The notes under the pieces: model-generated
Database searches by the model: none
What the model was told of the DNA's origin: nothing
The model's input: the letters and a program-made list of their open reading frames with translations, nothing else
In this document: in pieces, positions 8,892-18,502 of the stretch
Layout: each line of letters opens with the position of its first letter
Position numbering within the stretch: position 1 is the stretch's first letter
Program-made: the position numbers and the translations under genes
From: Bdellovibrionales bacterium
Lineage (GTDB): Bacteria > Bdellovibrionota > Bdellovibrionia > Bdellovibrionales > Bdellovibrionaceae
Direction of reading: 5' to 3'
Assembly: GCA_031370005.1 (NCBI GenBank)
Contig: JANMPT010000041.1
Location: 1-49,145, forward strand
DNA length: 49,145 bases

Positions 8892-10675
8892 TGTGACTCC
8901 AACTGATCACGGAGCTCAATGAAAGGTACAAAATTGTTTTCAACCTCAAAGCCGGCCTTGATTTCACTTTGCAAACGAGCTTTGTCTTTACGCGCCTGAG
9001 CAACTAATGCAAGCCCATAGTGTGCCAAAATATCGCCATAATCCCTTTCCGAGAGAATTTTATACGCAGTCTCCGCACAAGCGAAGTCCTTCGCCTTCAA
9101 ACAGGCCTCGCCTTGTACATAAAGCGCCATGCGATTTTGTTTGAAATCAGAATTTTTGAATAACAACTGCGCTTCATTCAAACGTCCTAATTTCCACAAG
9201 TAATCTGCCTGAGCCTGAAGACCTGTCAGTTGTTTTGGCCCCTGAACCAAAGATTCATCTAAGAGCTTCGCCGCTTCCATATCGCGATTGCCTTCAATCA
9301 AGCAAACCGCACGAACGGCTTTCATACTTACTGGTCCCTTTCCGGAGCCAAAAAGTTCTGAGCAATATCTTTCTAGAAAATCCCACTCGCTGTTGCGCCA
9401 ATCAATTTCGAGTTCTCGAACATACTGACGGCTTATGTTGGGAGGCTCTTCCAAGAAAGTGTTGATGGCATCAAGCTCGCCCGTAGAATCCTGGGCCAGT
9501 TGATTTAAATAAATCATTAAAAGCGATAATTCTTTTCGCAGAAAGTGGGACCTGCCAACATATAATTTAATTTCGCTGATATTCTTGAGCAGCTGCTCTT
9601 TATCCGCTTGAGTTTTTGAAACCTCAATCAACGCTAAAGATTTGCAAAGCAGAATCAAAGGGTAAGCTGGAGAATCCACATTACTCAAAGACTCAAAACT
9701 CTTCAGAGCTTGATCATATGCTCCTTTTTTAAGGAGGATCACGGCTTGATTGATTTTTGCTGCTTCATTATTAGGATCATAGCCCAAAGTTTTCTGCAAA
9801 TACTCCTCAGCCTGGCGAAAATCACCTTCCATCATATATGAAAGTGCCATTCCTAAATTTGCATCGATGATCTCGTTGCGACTACGCCCTGGTTTAAGAA
9901 GCGTTCCTTCGATAATCCTACGACCATTCAGGCTCTGACGATCCTCATTTATCAACAAGAATACCATTTGAAATTGACTTTCGGGATCTGGCTCTTTGAG
10001 TGCAGTAGCTTTTTTATAATTTTTCAATGAAAGCTGATAAAGTCCCAACGCTTTATAGCGAAGAGCTGAGCTTAATAACTGATCATAGTTCATATCTGCT
10101 TTCTTCTCCTTGCGAAGAAAGCTAAGGGCAACAAACATGGCGGCAGCAACCGTAACAACCAAAAGAATACCTCGAAGTAGGACATTCTGCTTTTGAATCC
10201 TGCTTTGAACTCTTTGATCTGAAAGAGTTCCATAACTCTTTGTTGCGCCATTGCCGTGAGGACGAGGTGTCGCTGCATCACCAATAGATGGCGTTACATC
10301 CTTCAAAGACGATGTCTGAGCACGGCTCGGCGGGGACTTTGTCGGAATAATAGGTGTCTGTGTAAACTCATCACTGACAGTTGCAGGTTCAGTCTTGGTA
10401 ATAGAAGATGTCCCTATTGTTGAAGTGCTGGTCATCGTATCGTCTTTTGAATGATCCTGCTCGTAACGTAGTGACTTAACTACTTCTTTGAAGTGACGGT
10501 TCTCGCGGATATAATTCCAACGCCCCTCAGGTTGTCGGACCTCATCAATGATTGTGATTTGAAGACGCGTCAAAAGAATCAAAATCTCTTCACGCGTGAA
10601 GGGACCAAGAATCTTTGTTGAAGACTTCACCAGCCAATTTTTGGCCTGGCGATTGCTTTCAGGACTGGCGGCCAC
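8888..10675 (-). CDS. Membrane protein with N-terminal GYF_2-like domain, one TM helix and C-terminal TPR repeats
   Basis: WLVKSSTKILGPFTREEI...DEV....GRW (GYF_2/DUF4339-like), Ser/Thr/Pro-rich linker, TM at ~aa 166-187, TPR-like helices (e.g. AEEYLQKTLGYDPNN). Confidence 0.8.
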   Translation of the reverse strand: MAASPESNRQAKNWLVKSSTKILGPFTREEILILLTRLQITIIDEVRQPEGRWNYIRENRHFKEVVKSLRYEQDHSKDDTMTSTSTIGTSSITKTEPATVSDEFTQTPIIPTKSPPSRAQTSSLKDVTPSIGDAATPRPHGNGATKSYGTLSDQRVQSRIQKQNVLLRGILLVVTVAAAMFVALSFLRKEKKADMNYDQLLSSALRYKALGLYQLSLKNYKKATALKEPDPESQFQMVFLLINEDRQSLNGRRIIEGTLLKPGRSRNEIIDANLGMALSYMMEGDFRQAEEYLQKTLGYDPNNEAAKINQAVILLKKGAYDQALKSFESLSNVDSPAYPLILLCKSLALIEVSKTQADKEQLLKNISEIKLYVGRSHFLRKELSLLMIYLNQLAQDSTGELDAINTFLEEPPNISRQYVRELEIDWRNSEWDFLERYCSELFGSGKGPVSMKAVRAVCLIEGNRDMEAAKLLDESLVQGPKQLTGLQAQADYLWKLGRLNEAQLLFKNSDFKQNRMALYVQGEACLKAKDFACAETAYKILSERDYGDILAHYGLALVAQARKDKARLQSEIKAGFEVENNFVPFIELRDQLESQ

Positions 10676-10699
10676 TTAACACCCTCATCACTCCCTCAT

Positions 10700-12088
10700 C
10701 TAAAATGGAGACTTCGACGATAATAAAACTTTTAAATCATCATTGGTAATGTAAATACCTGCACCAAGATAGCCCGAACGACGGTCTGATTTATCCAACA
10801 TATCTGTCAGACCACCCAAAACGTAAATACCATGAAATAGACTATACTGCGCCTGTGCGCGGAGATTGAGCTCAGCGAAATCAAAGGCATCAAGAGACAA
10901 CTTAAGTTTTCGATGGAAGAAAAGATAGTCAAGCCCAAAGCCACCTTGATTCTCTATCACCCCGGCTCTGAGAGTCAGGTCATAGAAATTCTTGGCAAAT
11001 AACAATGTGAATTTAGTTTTATTGTAGAAAGTTTTAGTTTGCTCACTGGTCGTGACCACTCCATTGGCTGTTGTCACATTCCCTTCACGCGTAACGACTC
11101 CGGCTGGATCATCCACAATGCCTAAATAATAATAACGATCCAAACCCGGTTGAATCCTGATACCCACTGTGGACTTGGCGGCCTTTACATCGCCTAAATA
11201 CTCTGCATGAAAATCAAATCCAGTTTGAATACGATTAGCGCTTTCCAACATTCCACTAATACCCTCAATGGTGGTATTCAGACCATCTACAGTGCTTTCA
11301 TCATTGACGAGTTTCCCAATAGTTCCTTCACCCCGATTGATCTTACCCGAGATCTCATCCACATTCTTTAGCACAGAATCAATTCTCGACAAGGATGCCA
11401 CGGCCTTTTTCCACGACTTCTTAAAGCCATCCTCGCCTTCGTCGTTGACGAGCTCACTCAAAGTACTAGTTACATCGTGAACCTGGTCGACGATCTCGTT
11501 GATTTTTTCTTTATTCTCGCCAGTCATCTGGGCAATATCACTAGTCAGTTTTTCAATATTCAAAACAATACGCCCCATGATATGTTTGCGAGTCCCATCA
11601 TCGGTGATGGCCTCCTTCAAGGCTTCAGAAACAGTTTTTAAAGATGAAGAGATCTCTGAGACTTCACTCACAAGATTATCCAGAGAAGCACTGTCTTTAA
11701 CATTAAGAATCTGTGCGCCATCAGGAAGTGGTGGATCCGCTGGGACGCCAGGGTTGATCTCAACATGCTTATCGCCTAAAATCCCCTGTGAACGAATTTC
11801 AACGATAGCTGAAACAGTTAGATGAGCATCTGATTTCACGGTGATATCAATACGGGCCTGGCCATCTTGTAAGGTGATGTCATGAATTGTACCGACAGGA
11901 ATACCCGCTGTTCTGATCGCTGAATTTTTTACCAAACCACCAGCATTTTTCAGAAGAAACCAAGCTTTTTTGGAGCGGCCCAAATAACTTGGATCTTCAC
12001 TAACTTGCATAGACATAAAAGCAATGAGCGAGCCCACAATGACAACAAGAAGTCCCACTTTAAATTCTGGCGATTTTACCCAGCTCAT
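10700..12088 (-). CDS. mlaD: Long MlaD/MCE protein with helical stalk and C-terminal beta-rich (barrel-like) domain
   Basis: EFKVG TM anchor, MCE motifs AGGL..AGIPVG and QGILGDKHVEI, GEGTIGKLVND, and a C-terminal region of amphipathic strands. Confidence 0.9.
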   Translation of the reverse strand: MSWVKSPEFKVGLLVVIVGSLIAFMSMQVSEDPSYLGRSKKAWFLLKNAGGLVKNSAIRTAGIPVGTIHDITLQDGQARIDITVKSDAHLTVSAIVEIRSQGILGDKHVEINPGVPADPPLPDGAQILNVKDSASLDNLVSEVSEISSSLKTVSEALKEAITDDGTRKHIMGRIVLNIEKLTSDIAQMTGENKEKINEIVDQVHDVTSTLSELVNDEGEDGFKKSWKKAVASLSRIDSVLKNVDEISGKINRGEGTIGKLVNDESTVDGLNTTIEGISGMLESANRIQTGFDFHAEYLGDVKAAKSTVGIRIQPGLDRYYYLGIVDDPAGVVTREGNVTTANGVVTTSEQTKTFYNKTKFTLLFAKNFYDLTLRAGVIENQGGFGLDYLFFHRKLKLSLDAFDFAELNLRAQAQYSLFHGIYVLGGLTDMLDKSDRRSGYLGAGIYITNDDLKVLLSSKSPF

Positions 12089-12846
12089 GAATGCTTCATT
12101 CCTTTGGAGACGAATCTCTTTACTAATTCAATATCACTTTTAAAAAAATCCTCAGCCGTACCACTCAAAAGAACTTTTCCAGCATCCAACATCACAACAT
12201 AGTTTGCGATGCGAAACGCCGCCGCTAAATCATGGGATACCATGACAGAAGTCAGTCCTTTCCGAGACTTATGAGTATCTAATACCAGATTATCTACCAT
12301 TTCGGTAAGAATGGGATCTAATCCAGTCGTGGGCTCATCGTAAATTAATATTTCTGGATCTAGGGCGAGAGCTCTCGCTAAACCTGTACGCTTTTGCATG
12401 CCACCACTGATCTGACTGGGCAGTTTGTTATAGTGCTTTTTGTCTAGCCCGACCTGGACAAGGCGCTGTTCCGCAATTGAAATTATCTGAGAATGCCGAA
12501 GTTCTCGACGATGTTCAAGAAGTGGGAAACTCACATTTTCCAACACTGTCATATCATCAAAAAGTGCAGCCGACTGAAACAATACACCAAATTTCTGACG
12601 AAATTTAGTGAGCTCATCCGGAGACAGGCGACCGATATCTGTTCCTAAAACATTAATTATACCAGAAGTGGGTTGGTACAAACCAAGTATATGCTTTAAA
12701 ACCACACTCTTTCCCGTCCCAGAGAATCCAATGATTGCAGTTAGGCTTCCTTTAGGAACTTCAAGGTTTATTCCTTTCAGAACATAGTCATGACCATCAA
12801 AAGTTTTTTTTACGTCTCTGAGAGAAATGGCAGATATACTTTCCAT
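12085..12846 (-). CDS. mlaF: MlaF-type ABC transporter ATPase
   Basis: Walker A GFSGTGKS, FQSAALFD, ISGGMQKR, YDEPTTGLDP, SHD. Confidence 0.93.
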   Translation of the reverse strand: MESISAISLRDVKKTFDGHDYVLKGINLEVPKGSLTAIIGFSGTGKSVVLKHILGLYQPTSGIINVLGTDIGRLSPDELTKFRQKFGVLFQSAALFDDMTVLENVSFPLLEHRRELRHSQIISIAEQRLVQVGLDKKHYNKLPSQISGGMQKRTGLARALALDPEILIYDEPTTGLDPILTEMVDNLVLDTHKSRKGLTSVMVSHDLAAAFRIANYVVMLDAGKVLLSGTAEDFFKSDIELVKRFVSKGMKHS

Positions 12847-13673
12847 TAATTCATCCCCATGACCAGGTAAAAAAGACGAATCAAATTACTTGCGAAATAA
12901 TCTAAGATAATTATCATCACCATGCTTTGCACCACACCTTGATTGGTGGCATCACCAACCCCCTTGGCCCCGCCAGTGGTGTTAAAGCCGCGGTAAGTAC
13001 AGACTACTGAAAAAACTAATCCAAAAATTGCAGCTTTAAAAAGACCTTCGTTAATATGGCGAATCTCGATCATATCGCGAATTTTCTGCCAAAAAACTGC
13101 CTCATCAATTTGCACAAGTTTTACACAAAGCAAATAGCTTCCGACCATAGAAACGAAATCAAACACCGCAGTAAGTAAGGGCATACAAATAACTGCGGCC
13201 GCAATTCTTGGCGCTATCAAATATTGTTTGGTATTAACTCCCATAACGTCGAGAGCATCAATCTGTTCATTTACGCGCATCGTGCCCAAACGCGCAGCCA
13301 TGGCACCACCCGCGCGTGCAGCTACAATCAAGCCCGTCAACACGGGACCTAACTCTCGTGAAATACCGAGAGCCACAACCGGGCCCACCATGTTTACAGC
13401 GTTGAACATTTTAAAACCTAAATAAATTTGCAGCGACAGCGCCATACCCGTAAATAAACCCGTCAGACAGATAATGCCAATTGACTGATTGCCCACAAAC
13501 TCCATATGGCGAACCATCTCATTGTAACGATATGGCTTTACGAAAAGTGCGCGAACACTCGAAGTCATGAACAAAACAATCAATCCGATTTCTACAATAA
13601 AGCCGCCAATTTTGCTGCGAAAGTAGTCGAGAATCAGATCAATAACATAAGATATCCTTTGAACAAGACTCAA
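12846..13673 (-). CDS. mlaE: MlaE-type ABC permease
   Basis: RELGPVLTGL, RAGGAMAARLGTMRVNEQIDAL, GGAKGVGDAT. The likely start is the TTG at 13673, which overlaps the alr stop (TTGA) and has a GGGAG RBS; the ORF-track extension to 13799 lies inside alr. Confidence 0.92.
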   Translation of the reverse strand: MSLVQRISYVIDLILDYFRSKIGGFIVEIGLIVLFMTSSVRALFVKPYRYNEMVRHMEFVGNQSIGIICLTGLFTGMALSLQIYLGFKMFNAVNMVGPVVALGISRELGPVLTGLIVAARAGGAMAARLGTMRVNEQIDALDVMGVNTKQYLIAPRIAAAVICMPLLTAVFDFVSMVGSYLLCVKLVQIDEAVFWQKIRDMIEIRHINEGLFKAAIFGLVFSVVCTYRGFNTTGGAKGVGDATNQGVVQSMVMIIILDYFASNLIRLFYLVMGMN

Positions 13674-14860
13674 CAGGCAACTCCCAACTGCTTTGCCATT
13701 GTTCCCACATAAACTCGTGGTACGCGCTCTCCAACGCTGGTCAAAACTTCCCAGGTAATGGTGTGAGCATGTTTGGCTAACTCTTCCGCAGATAAGCAAT
13801 TTCCATTCGGCCCTTGACCAAATAAAATAATTTCTTCCTCCTGAAGCTCTTCGAATTTTCGATCTTTTACCACATCAGTTACATCAACCATCAAAAAATC
13901 CATGCAAATATGTCCCACTACGGGAACCCGTTGTCCTAAAAACAAAACATGCGACTTATTAGACAAAGCGCGATGATATCCATCAGCGTAACCAATGGGC
14001 ACAACCGCAATCACAGAGGGTCTTGAGGCAGTCCAGGTCCCACCGTAAGAAACCACTTCCCCCGCTTGAAGCTTTCGATAGGTAGAGACCACGGATTTCA
14101 AAGTCATTGCTGTCTTGAGAGGTAAAATATCTCTTTGCAAAAGCGGATTGTAACCGTAAATCATCAAACCTGGGCGCAGCCCCCAATTGATACGACTTAA
14201 GGGATGATGTATATTTTTTTGATCACGAGCCAAAAGACAGTTCAAAATCCCAGCGGAATTCAAGCTATGTACCATTGGATTTAAGGGTTTAAAAACTTCT
14301 ATAACACTTTCAAGACACAAAAGCTGTTCAGCACTGTCGCCAAGAGGATCATGGGCATCTTCACCATTATAAAGATGCGTTAAAAGCCCCTGAATTCGCA
14401 GCTTCGGGTTTTGCCAGCATAGCTCAAACAAAGCCTGTGCCTCATCAGGATGAAAACCCAAACGATTCATTCCCGTATTAAATTTCAAATGAACTTGCAC
14501 TGGGCTTTTCGCGACACTTTGAATGGCTTCTAACTGATCCCAGGTCGCCACCACCGGAGTCAACTTGTGCTGAAGCATTTGCTCTGCCCCCACGCGATCA
14601 AAACCACGAAAAACGAGAATATCCGTAGTCAGGCCACCTCGTCGAAGCAGTAAGCCTTCCTCAATCAAGCAAACGCCGAGGTACTTGGCCCCTGCCTTTT
14701 CTAAACACCTGGCCACCGCCACGTCCCCGTGACCGTAAGCATTGGCCTTAACCATTGGGCAAATAAAAGTGGTTTGAGAAAATGCTTTCTTCAATACCTC
14801 AAAATTATGTGCAACATGATCAAGATTAATTTCTGCAAACGTACGTCGATACATTTCCAC
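13670..14860 (-). CDS. alr: Alanine racemase
   Basis: VKANAYGHG (PLP lysine), HLKFNTGMNRLG, RPG, SYG, IGYADG, CMD. Confidence 0.96.
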   Translation of the reverse strand: MEMYRRTFAEINLDHVAHNFEVLKKAFSQTTFICPMVKANAYGHGDVAVARCLEKAGAKYLGVCLIEEGLLLRRGGLTTDILVFRGFDRVGAEQMLQHKLTPVVATWDQLEAIQSVAKSPVQVHLKFNTGMNRLGFHPDEAQALFELCWQNPKLRIQGLLTHLYNGEDAHDPLGDSAEQLLCLESVIEVFKPLNPMVHSLNSAGILNCLLARDQKNIHHPLSRINWGLRPGLMIYGYNPLLQRDILPLKTAMTLKSVVSTYRKLQAGEVVSYGGTWTASRPSVIAVVPIGYADGYHRALSNKSHVLFLGQRVPVVGHICMDFLMVDVTDVVKDRKFEELQEEEIILFGQGPNGNCLSAEELAKHAHTITWEVLTSVGERVPRVYVGTMAKQLGVAC

Positions 14861-14872
14861 TAAAAAACACTC

Positions 14873-16357
14873 CTAATCGACTATGACTTCAAATTCGGGA
14901 GTAAAATCTATCGGCGGCTTATAAAGACAAATGCGATTCCCGCCCTTTTCCATAATATGTGCTAAAGCTTTAGAAGCAGTTTCATCAAGAGTTACCACTG
15001 AATCTGCTAAAGATGGATATTCACTGACTCCAACACTAATAGAAATCTTAACTCCGCTATCAACCATGCTACTGCTTTCTATAATGCGACGAAGACGCTC
15101 CCCCAACAAGGCGGCATTCTTCTTATGACTATGAGGCAATATCACACCAATCTCATTGACATGAGTGCGGCACGCGAAATCATTGGTTCGGATGGTGCGT
15201 TTAACAAAGTCGCTAATTGTTTTTAAAACTTCATCACGAACACTAGCCCCCAAGGTCTGTTCGATCTCAAAAAAATCATCAATTGAGATTTTCAAAATAG
15301 ACACTGGCTGCCGTAAACGGCGCGAGCGTTCAAGCTCTTCGTAAAGTTTAGCGGTATAAAATTTTTGATTGTAAAGTTCGGTGACAAAATCCATGACATC
15401 GAGGCTTTCAACTTTTTTCTCAAGACAAAAGTAAGAATAGCAAAGCGCCAAAAGACTGAACTCCTCCCCGATACGTAAAACATCTGCTTTTCCCATGTCG
15501 CCTGAATACACAAGGACACCTTCAAGCTCATTTTGCACAAACAATGGTAAAACTCGCGATGTTTGAATGTTAAAAACCTTCTGCAACATCTCCATCATAA
15601 TCGGTGGCAATAAGCCCACGGTGATTTGAGTACTCAAGCCCTCCAGATCAGCCCCTTCGAGTTGGCATCCTACTCCTTGAATTTGCTGAGTCGTAAATCC
15701 CGCAGCATGTGTGGCAACAAAAGAGCGGACCGAGCCCAAGTATTTAAAATATACCGCTGGAACTTTCTCAAGACGTTCAAAGTATTTCTGTAGGACTTCT
15801 TCTTTACTTAATGAAGATCGGTAGTCAGCAATGCGATTTGAAATCAACATCTGCGTCACTTCCGCTTGAACCGCCTTCTGGTCATCAATTTGCTTTAGTA
15901 GCTTATCTTTATGTCCCTGAGCTTCTTTCCAATCAGAAAAGAGCTGCTCATTCTGATAAATCAAATACAAGGCCTCACAAACCTGATCCACTGACCATAC
16001 CGCGCGCAGATCTAGACATGGCCCCTCCAATGAAACAATATCCATCAATCCGATAGTATTGTACTGCGAAAGTGCCTCAAACTGTTGTGGCTCAGCCATG
16101 GCAATTAGTTTAATTTCCGAACTGACCTCTAAAACATAATTTACAAAGTCACTGAGTGCACCTTGCACAGCTAGCGTCGAAAAAACTACCAGATGAGGTG
16201 TCATTTCTTTGAGATGCGATTTAAAGGCGTCCATCTCTTGGAAGTAATAAGCATCATAACCTGCTTGAGATAAGGACACCTTCACTGCGGCTCCTTGATC
16301 CACATTATCACTGTAAATAAAAATGCTAAACTGCGAGCTGTGATCTCGAATATTCAA
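14873..16357 (-). CDS. Degenerate GGDEF protein with pseudo-receiver; probable c-di-GMP receptor (CdgA-like)
   Basis: DFVTELYN, IDDFF, RTND-FACRT-HVNEI (intact RxxD I-site, GGDEF replaced), ISISVGVS, GGNR. The N-terminal REC-like fold has Ser where the phospho-Asp is expected. Confidence 0.85.
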   Translation of the reverse strand: MNIRDHSSQFSIFIYSDNVDQGAAVKVSLSQAGYDAYYFQEMDAFKSHLKEMTPHLVVFSTLAVQGALSDFVNYVLEVSSEIKLIAMAEPQQFEALSQYNTIGLMDIVSLEGPCLDLRAVWSVDQVCEALYLIYQNEQLFSDWKEAQGHKDKLLKQIDDQKAVQAEVTQMLISNRIADYRSSLSKEEVLQKYFERLEKVPAVYFKYLGSVRSFVATHAAGFTTQQIQGVGCQLEGADLEGLSTQITVGLLPPIMMEMLQKVFNIQTSRVLPLFVQNELEGVLVYSGDMGKADVLRIGEEFSLLALCYSYFCLEKKVESLDVMDFVTELYNQKFYTAKLYEELERSRRLRQPVSILKISIDDFFEIEQTLGASVRDEVLKTISDFVKRTIRTNDFACRTHVNEIGVILPHSHKKNAALLGERLRRIIESSSMVDSGVKISISVGVSEYPSLADSVVTLDETASKALAHIMEKGGNRICLYKPPIDFTPEFEVIVD

Positions 16358-18358
16358 TCAGTTCCTCTTTCCAGGTCTTCGAATCTCGACCTTGTAAGAA
16401 TCTAATTCAGTTTTCTTTACCAACAAAGATGCAGACACAGGCTTATCAATAAGCACGGATGGCGGCGGAACCACTGGCGCCTGCACAAGTGGTGGCGGAT
16501 CATCAAAGCCTTGGCCCTCTAAAAATTGCAAAGGGACTTCATCCAATGGCAATTCCAACAAATTATCCACATTGACGTCCGTCAGTTTTTCCTTTGGCAA
16601 ATCAACTGATAACTCCGAACTTTTTACCGGCGGCGGCGGTGGTGGTGGTAGTGGTGGTGGCGCTTTAGGCAATGAAGGCGCAAAAGACGTCACAAGATTC
16701 GGACCGAAGACTATTTCAACCTGGGTGCCTTTACTGGGTTGAGATTGAATTTGAATTTTACCATTGTGCTCTTTAAGGATTCCAACAACCATAGGTAGTC
16801 CTAAGCCTACATGTTGAGCAAAAGATCTTGTCGTAAAAAATGGATCAAAAACTTTGCTCACATTTTCCATCTCAATGCCTTCGCCAGAGTCTGCAACACG
16901 GACATGAAGCCCCTCGGCGTCCTCCCATGTGGAAATCTTCAGGGTCTTTTCTTGCATTCTTTCCATGGCCTCAATTGAATTCATGAAAATATTTTCAAAT
17001 GCTTTGGTGATATCTGTGGAGGCCAAGGGCCAGGGTGAAGCTTCTTTGAAATCCTTTTCGACTCTTACACCTTTTTGACTAATTTTGAGATCTAAGTTCT
17101 TAAGCGCCTGCATGATTGGGCCTTCAATTTTAGATTCAATTTTGTCAGTACTGCGATCGCCGGCAAAGGTGACGAGTTTTTCTAAAACATCACGAGAAGA
17201 TCGCGCCTCACGCAAAATAGATTCTACCGCCTGTACAACATCTGGATCTTGGGTCTTTGACAAAACCATTTGCGAAAAGCCTAGGATCGAAGCCAGTGGC
17301 GAACGCATTTCTTGCCCTAGAGCCGTTGCAATCTGGCGATAGGCATCCGTTTTTTCTTGCTGTAAGTCCTGTGGCTTTGGGGCGACGGGAGCCGATAAGC
17401 TGGCGCTAGAAGTTACCACCGCCGCGACGTGGGCAGTTTGAGCAGGCGCATTCGGAAGCGCCTGAGGTATCGATTCCGCAAAGACAGTTGCTGTTGTTCT
17501 CTTTTCTTGCCAGAAGTACATTGCAATACCTAAAAATGAAATACCCAGAGCCAGGAATCCAAACTGCCATGCCAAGGACAAACGTCCCCTCAAAAGCTCT
17601 TCAATAGGCACGCTGGAAATTACGTAGGAATTTGTACCTGGTACTTGCGAATACATTCCGAAGATCTGCTGCTTGCCTTGCCGATAAACACCAAGCCCTT
17701 GAGCCGCACCCGAAGTCCGAATTTCTTTGAGCATCGAGCTATCACTCATAACCGTGCCAATGTAGTCAGGAGTCGCGTTGCTGATGGTCAAGCCATCGCT
17801 TGCGATAATCGAGATTGCACTCATGGAGCCTTTTTGCGACTCAATCAAGGATTGAAAATTTTCGCCGCTGCCAATCAGGATATAGGCATTTCCGCCACCA
17901 GCGAAGATCACGGCCACATGACGTTTTTTTTGCGGATCAATAAATGAGCGAAGTAAAACCGTCCCTTTGCTCTCAAGCTCTTTCCCCATGAACCCCATAT
18001 ACTGACTTAGTTCATTTACAGTCCAATTAGCTGCGGGAGAATCTGCTTTAGAAACAATACGCGAGGTGCTGATCGTGCCCCCCTGTGAGGTCATTAGCGC
18101 CAATGCATAGTAGGGTTGAAAAGCTTTCCAGTTGGTATACTCTCGTTTAAATGTGTCATTTGTCACAGAGCCCAGCATGCGGCGAGCGGATTGAATTTCA
18201 GCATTGATAGCCTGAGATAAAGAGGAAAGTTGAGTCCGCGACTGTGCCTCGGCCCAGGACATGCGATCTCCGTACACGAATCTATCCACACGCCATAGGA
18301 CCACCCCAGAAAAAAGAGCGACCAATACCAGGATCATGATCGGAAGTTTCAACTTCAT
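16358..18358 (-). CDS. Membrane sensor histidine-kinase-like protein lacking the phospho-His, with a Pro-rich tail
   Basis: Two TM helices flank a Cache-like periplasmic region. H-box LGQEMRSPL, N box NIFMNSIEAM, DSGEGI, FDPFFTT, VGLGL. ATG at 18358 chosen for the GGAGAG RBS. Confidence 0.85.
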   Translation of the reverse strand: MKLKLPIMILVLVALFSGVVLWRVDRFVYGDRMSWAEAQSRTQLSSLSQAINAEIQSARRMLGSVTNDTFKREYTNWKAFQPYYALALMTSQGGTISTSRIVSKADSPAANWTVNELSQYMGFMGKELESKGTVLLRSFIDPQKKRHVAVIFAGGGNAYILIGSGENFQSLIESQKGSMSAISIIASDGLTISNATPDYIGTVMSDSSMLKEIRTSGAAQGLGVYRQGKQQIFGMYSQVPGTNSYVISSVPIEELLRGRLSLAWQFGFLALGISFLGIAMYFWQEKRTTATVFAESIPQALPNAPAQTAHVAAVVTSSASLSAPVAPKPQDLQQEKTDAYRQIATALGQEMRSPLASILGFSQMVLSKTQDPDVVQAVESILREARSSRDVLEKLVTFAGDRSTDKIESKIEGPIMQALKNLDLKISQKGVRVEKDFKEASPWPLASTDITKAFENIFMNSIEAMERMQEKTLKISTWEDAEGLHVRVADSGEGIEMENVSKVFDPFFTTRSFAQHVGLGLPMVVGILKEHNGKIQIQSQPSKGTQVEIVFGPNLVTSFAPSLPKAPPPLPPPPPPPVKSSELSVDLPKEKLTDVNVDNLLELPLDEVPLQFLEGQGFDDPPPLVQAPVVPPPSVLIDKPVSASLLVKKTELDSYKVEIRRPGKRN

Positions 18359-18502
18359 ATTTGCTTTGCTCTCCATGCCTAACAAGCTAACAATTAAAGT
18401 CACGCGCGGCCATGCACTTAGACTATTGATTCCATTGTAGTTTTAGAAACCGACAAGAATCAAGTAAGAGTCCTTTGCCAAAGGCAATAAAGAGCATTAA
18501 AA

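Noticed and set aside
13674..13799. N-terminal extension of mlaE given by the ORF track
   Set aside because: It overlaps the alr coding region by ~130 bp; a TTG with RBS overlapping the alr stop gives a normal-length MlaE.
16625..16662. GGC/GGT trinucleotide run as a DNA-level repeat or contingency locus
   Set aside because: It is a mixed-codon polyproline tract within a CDS; it is treated at protein level in the findings.
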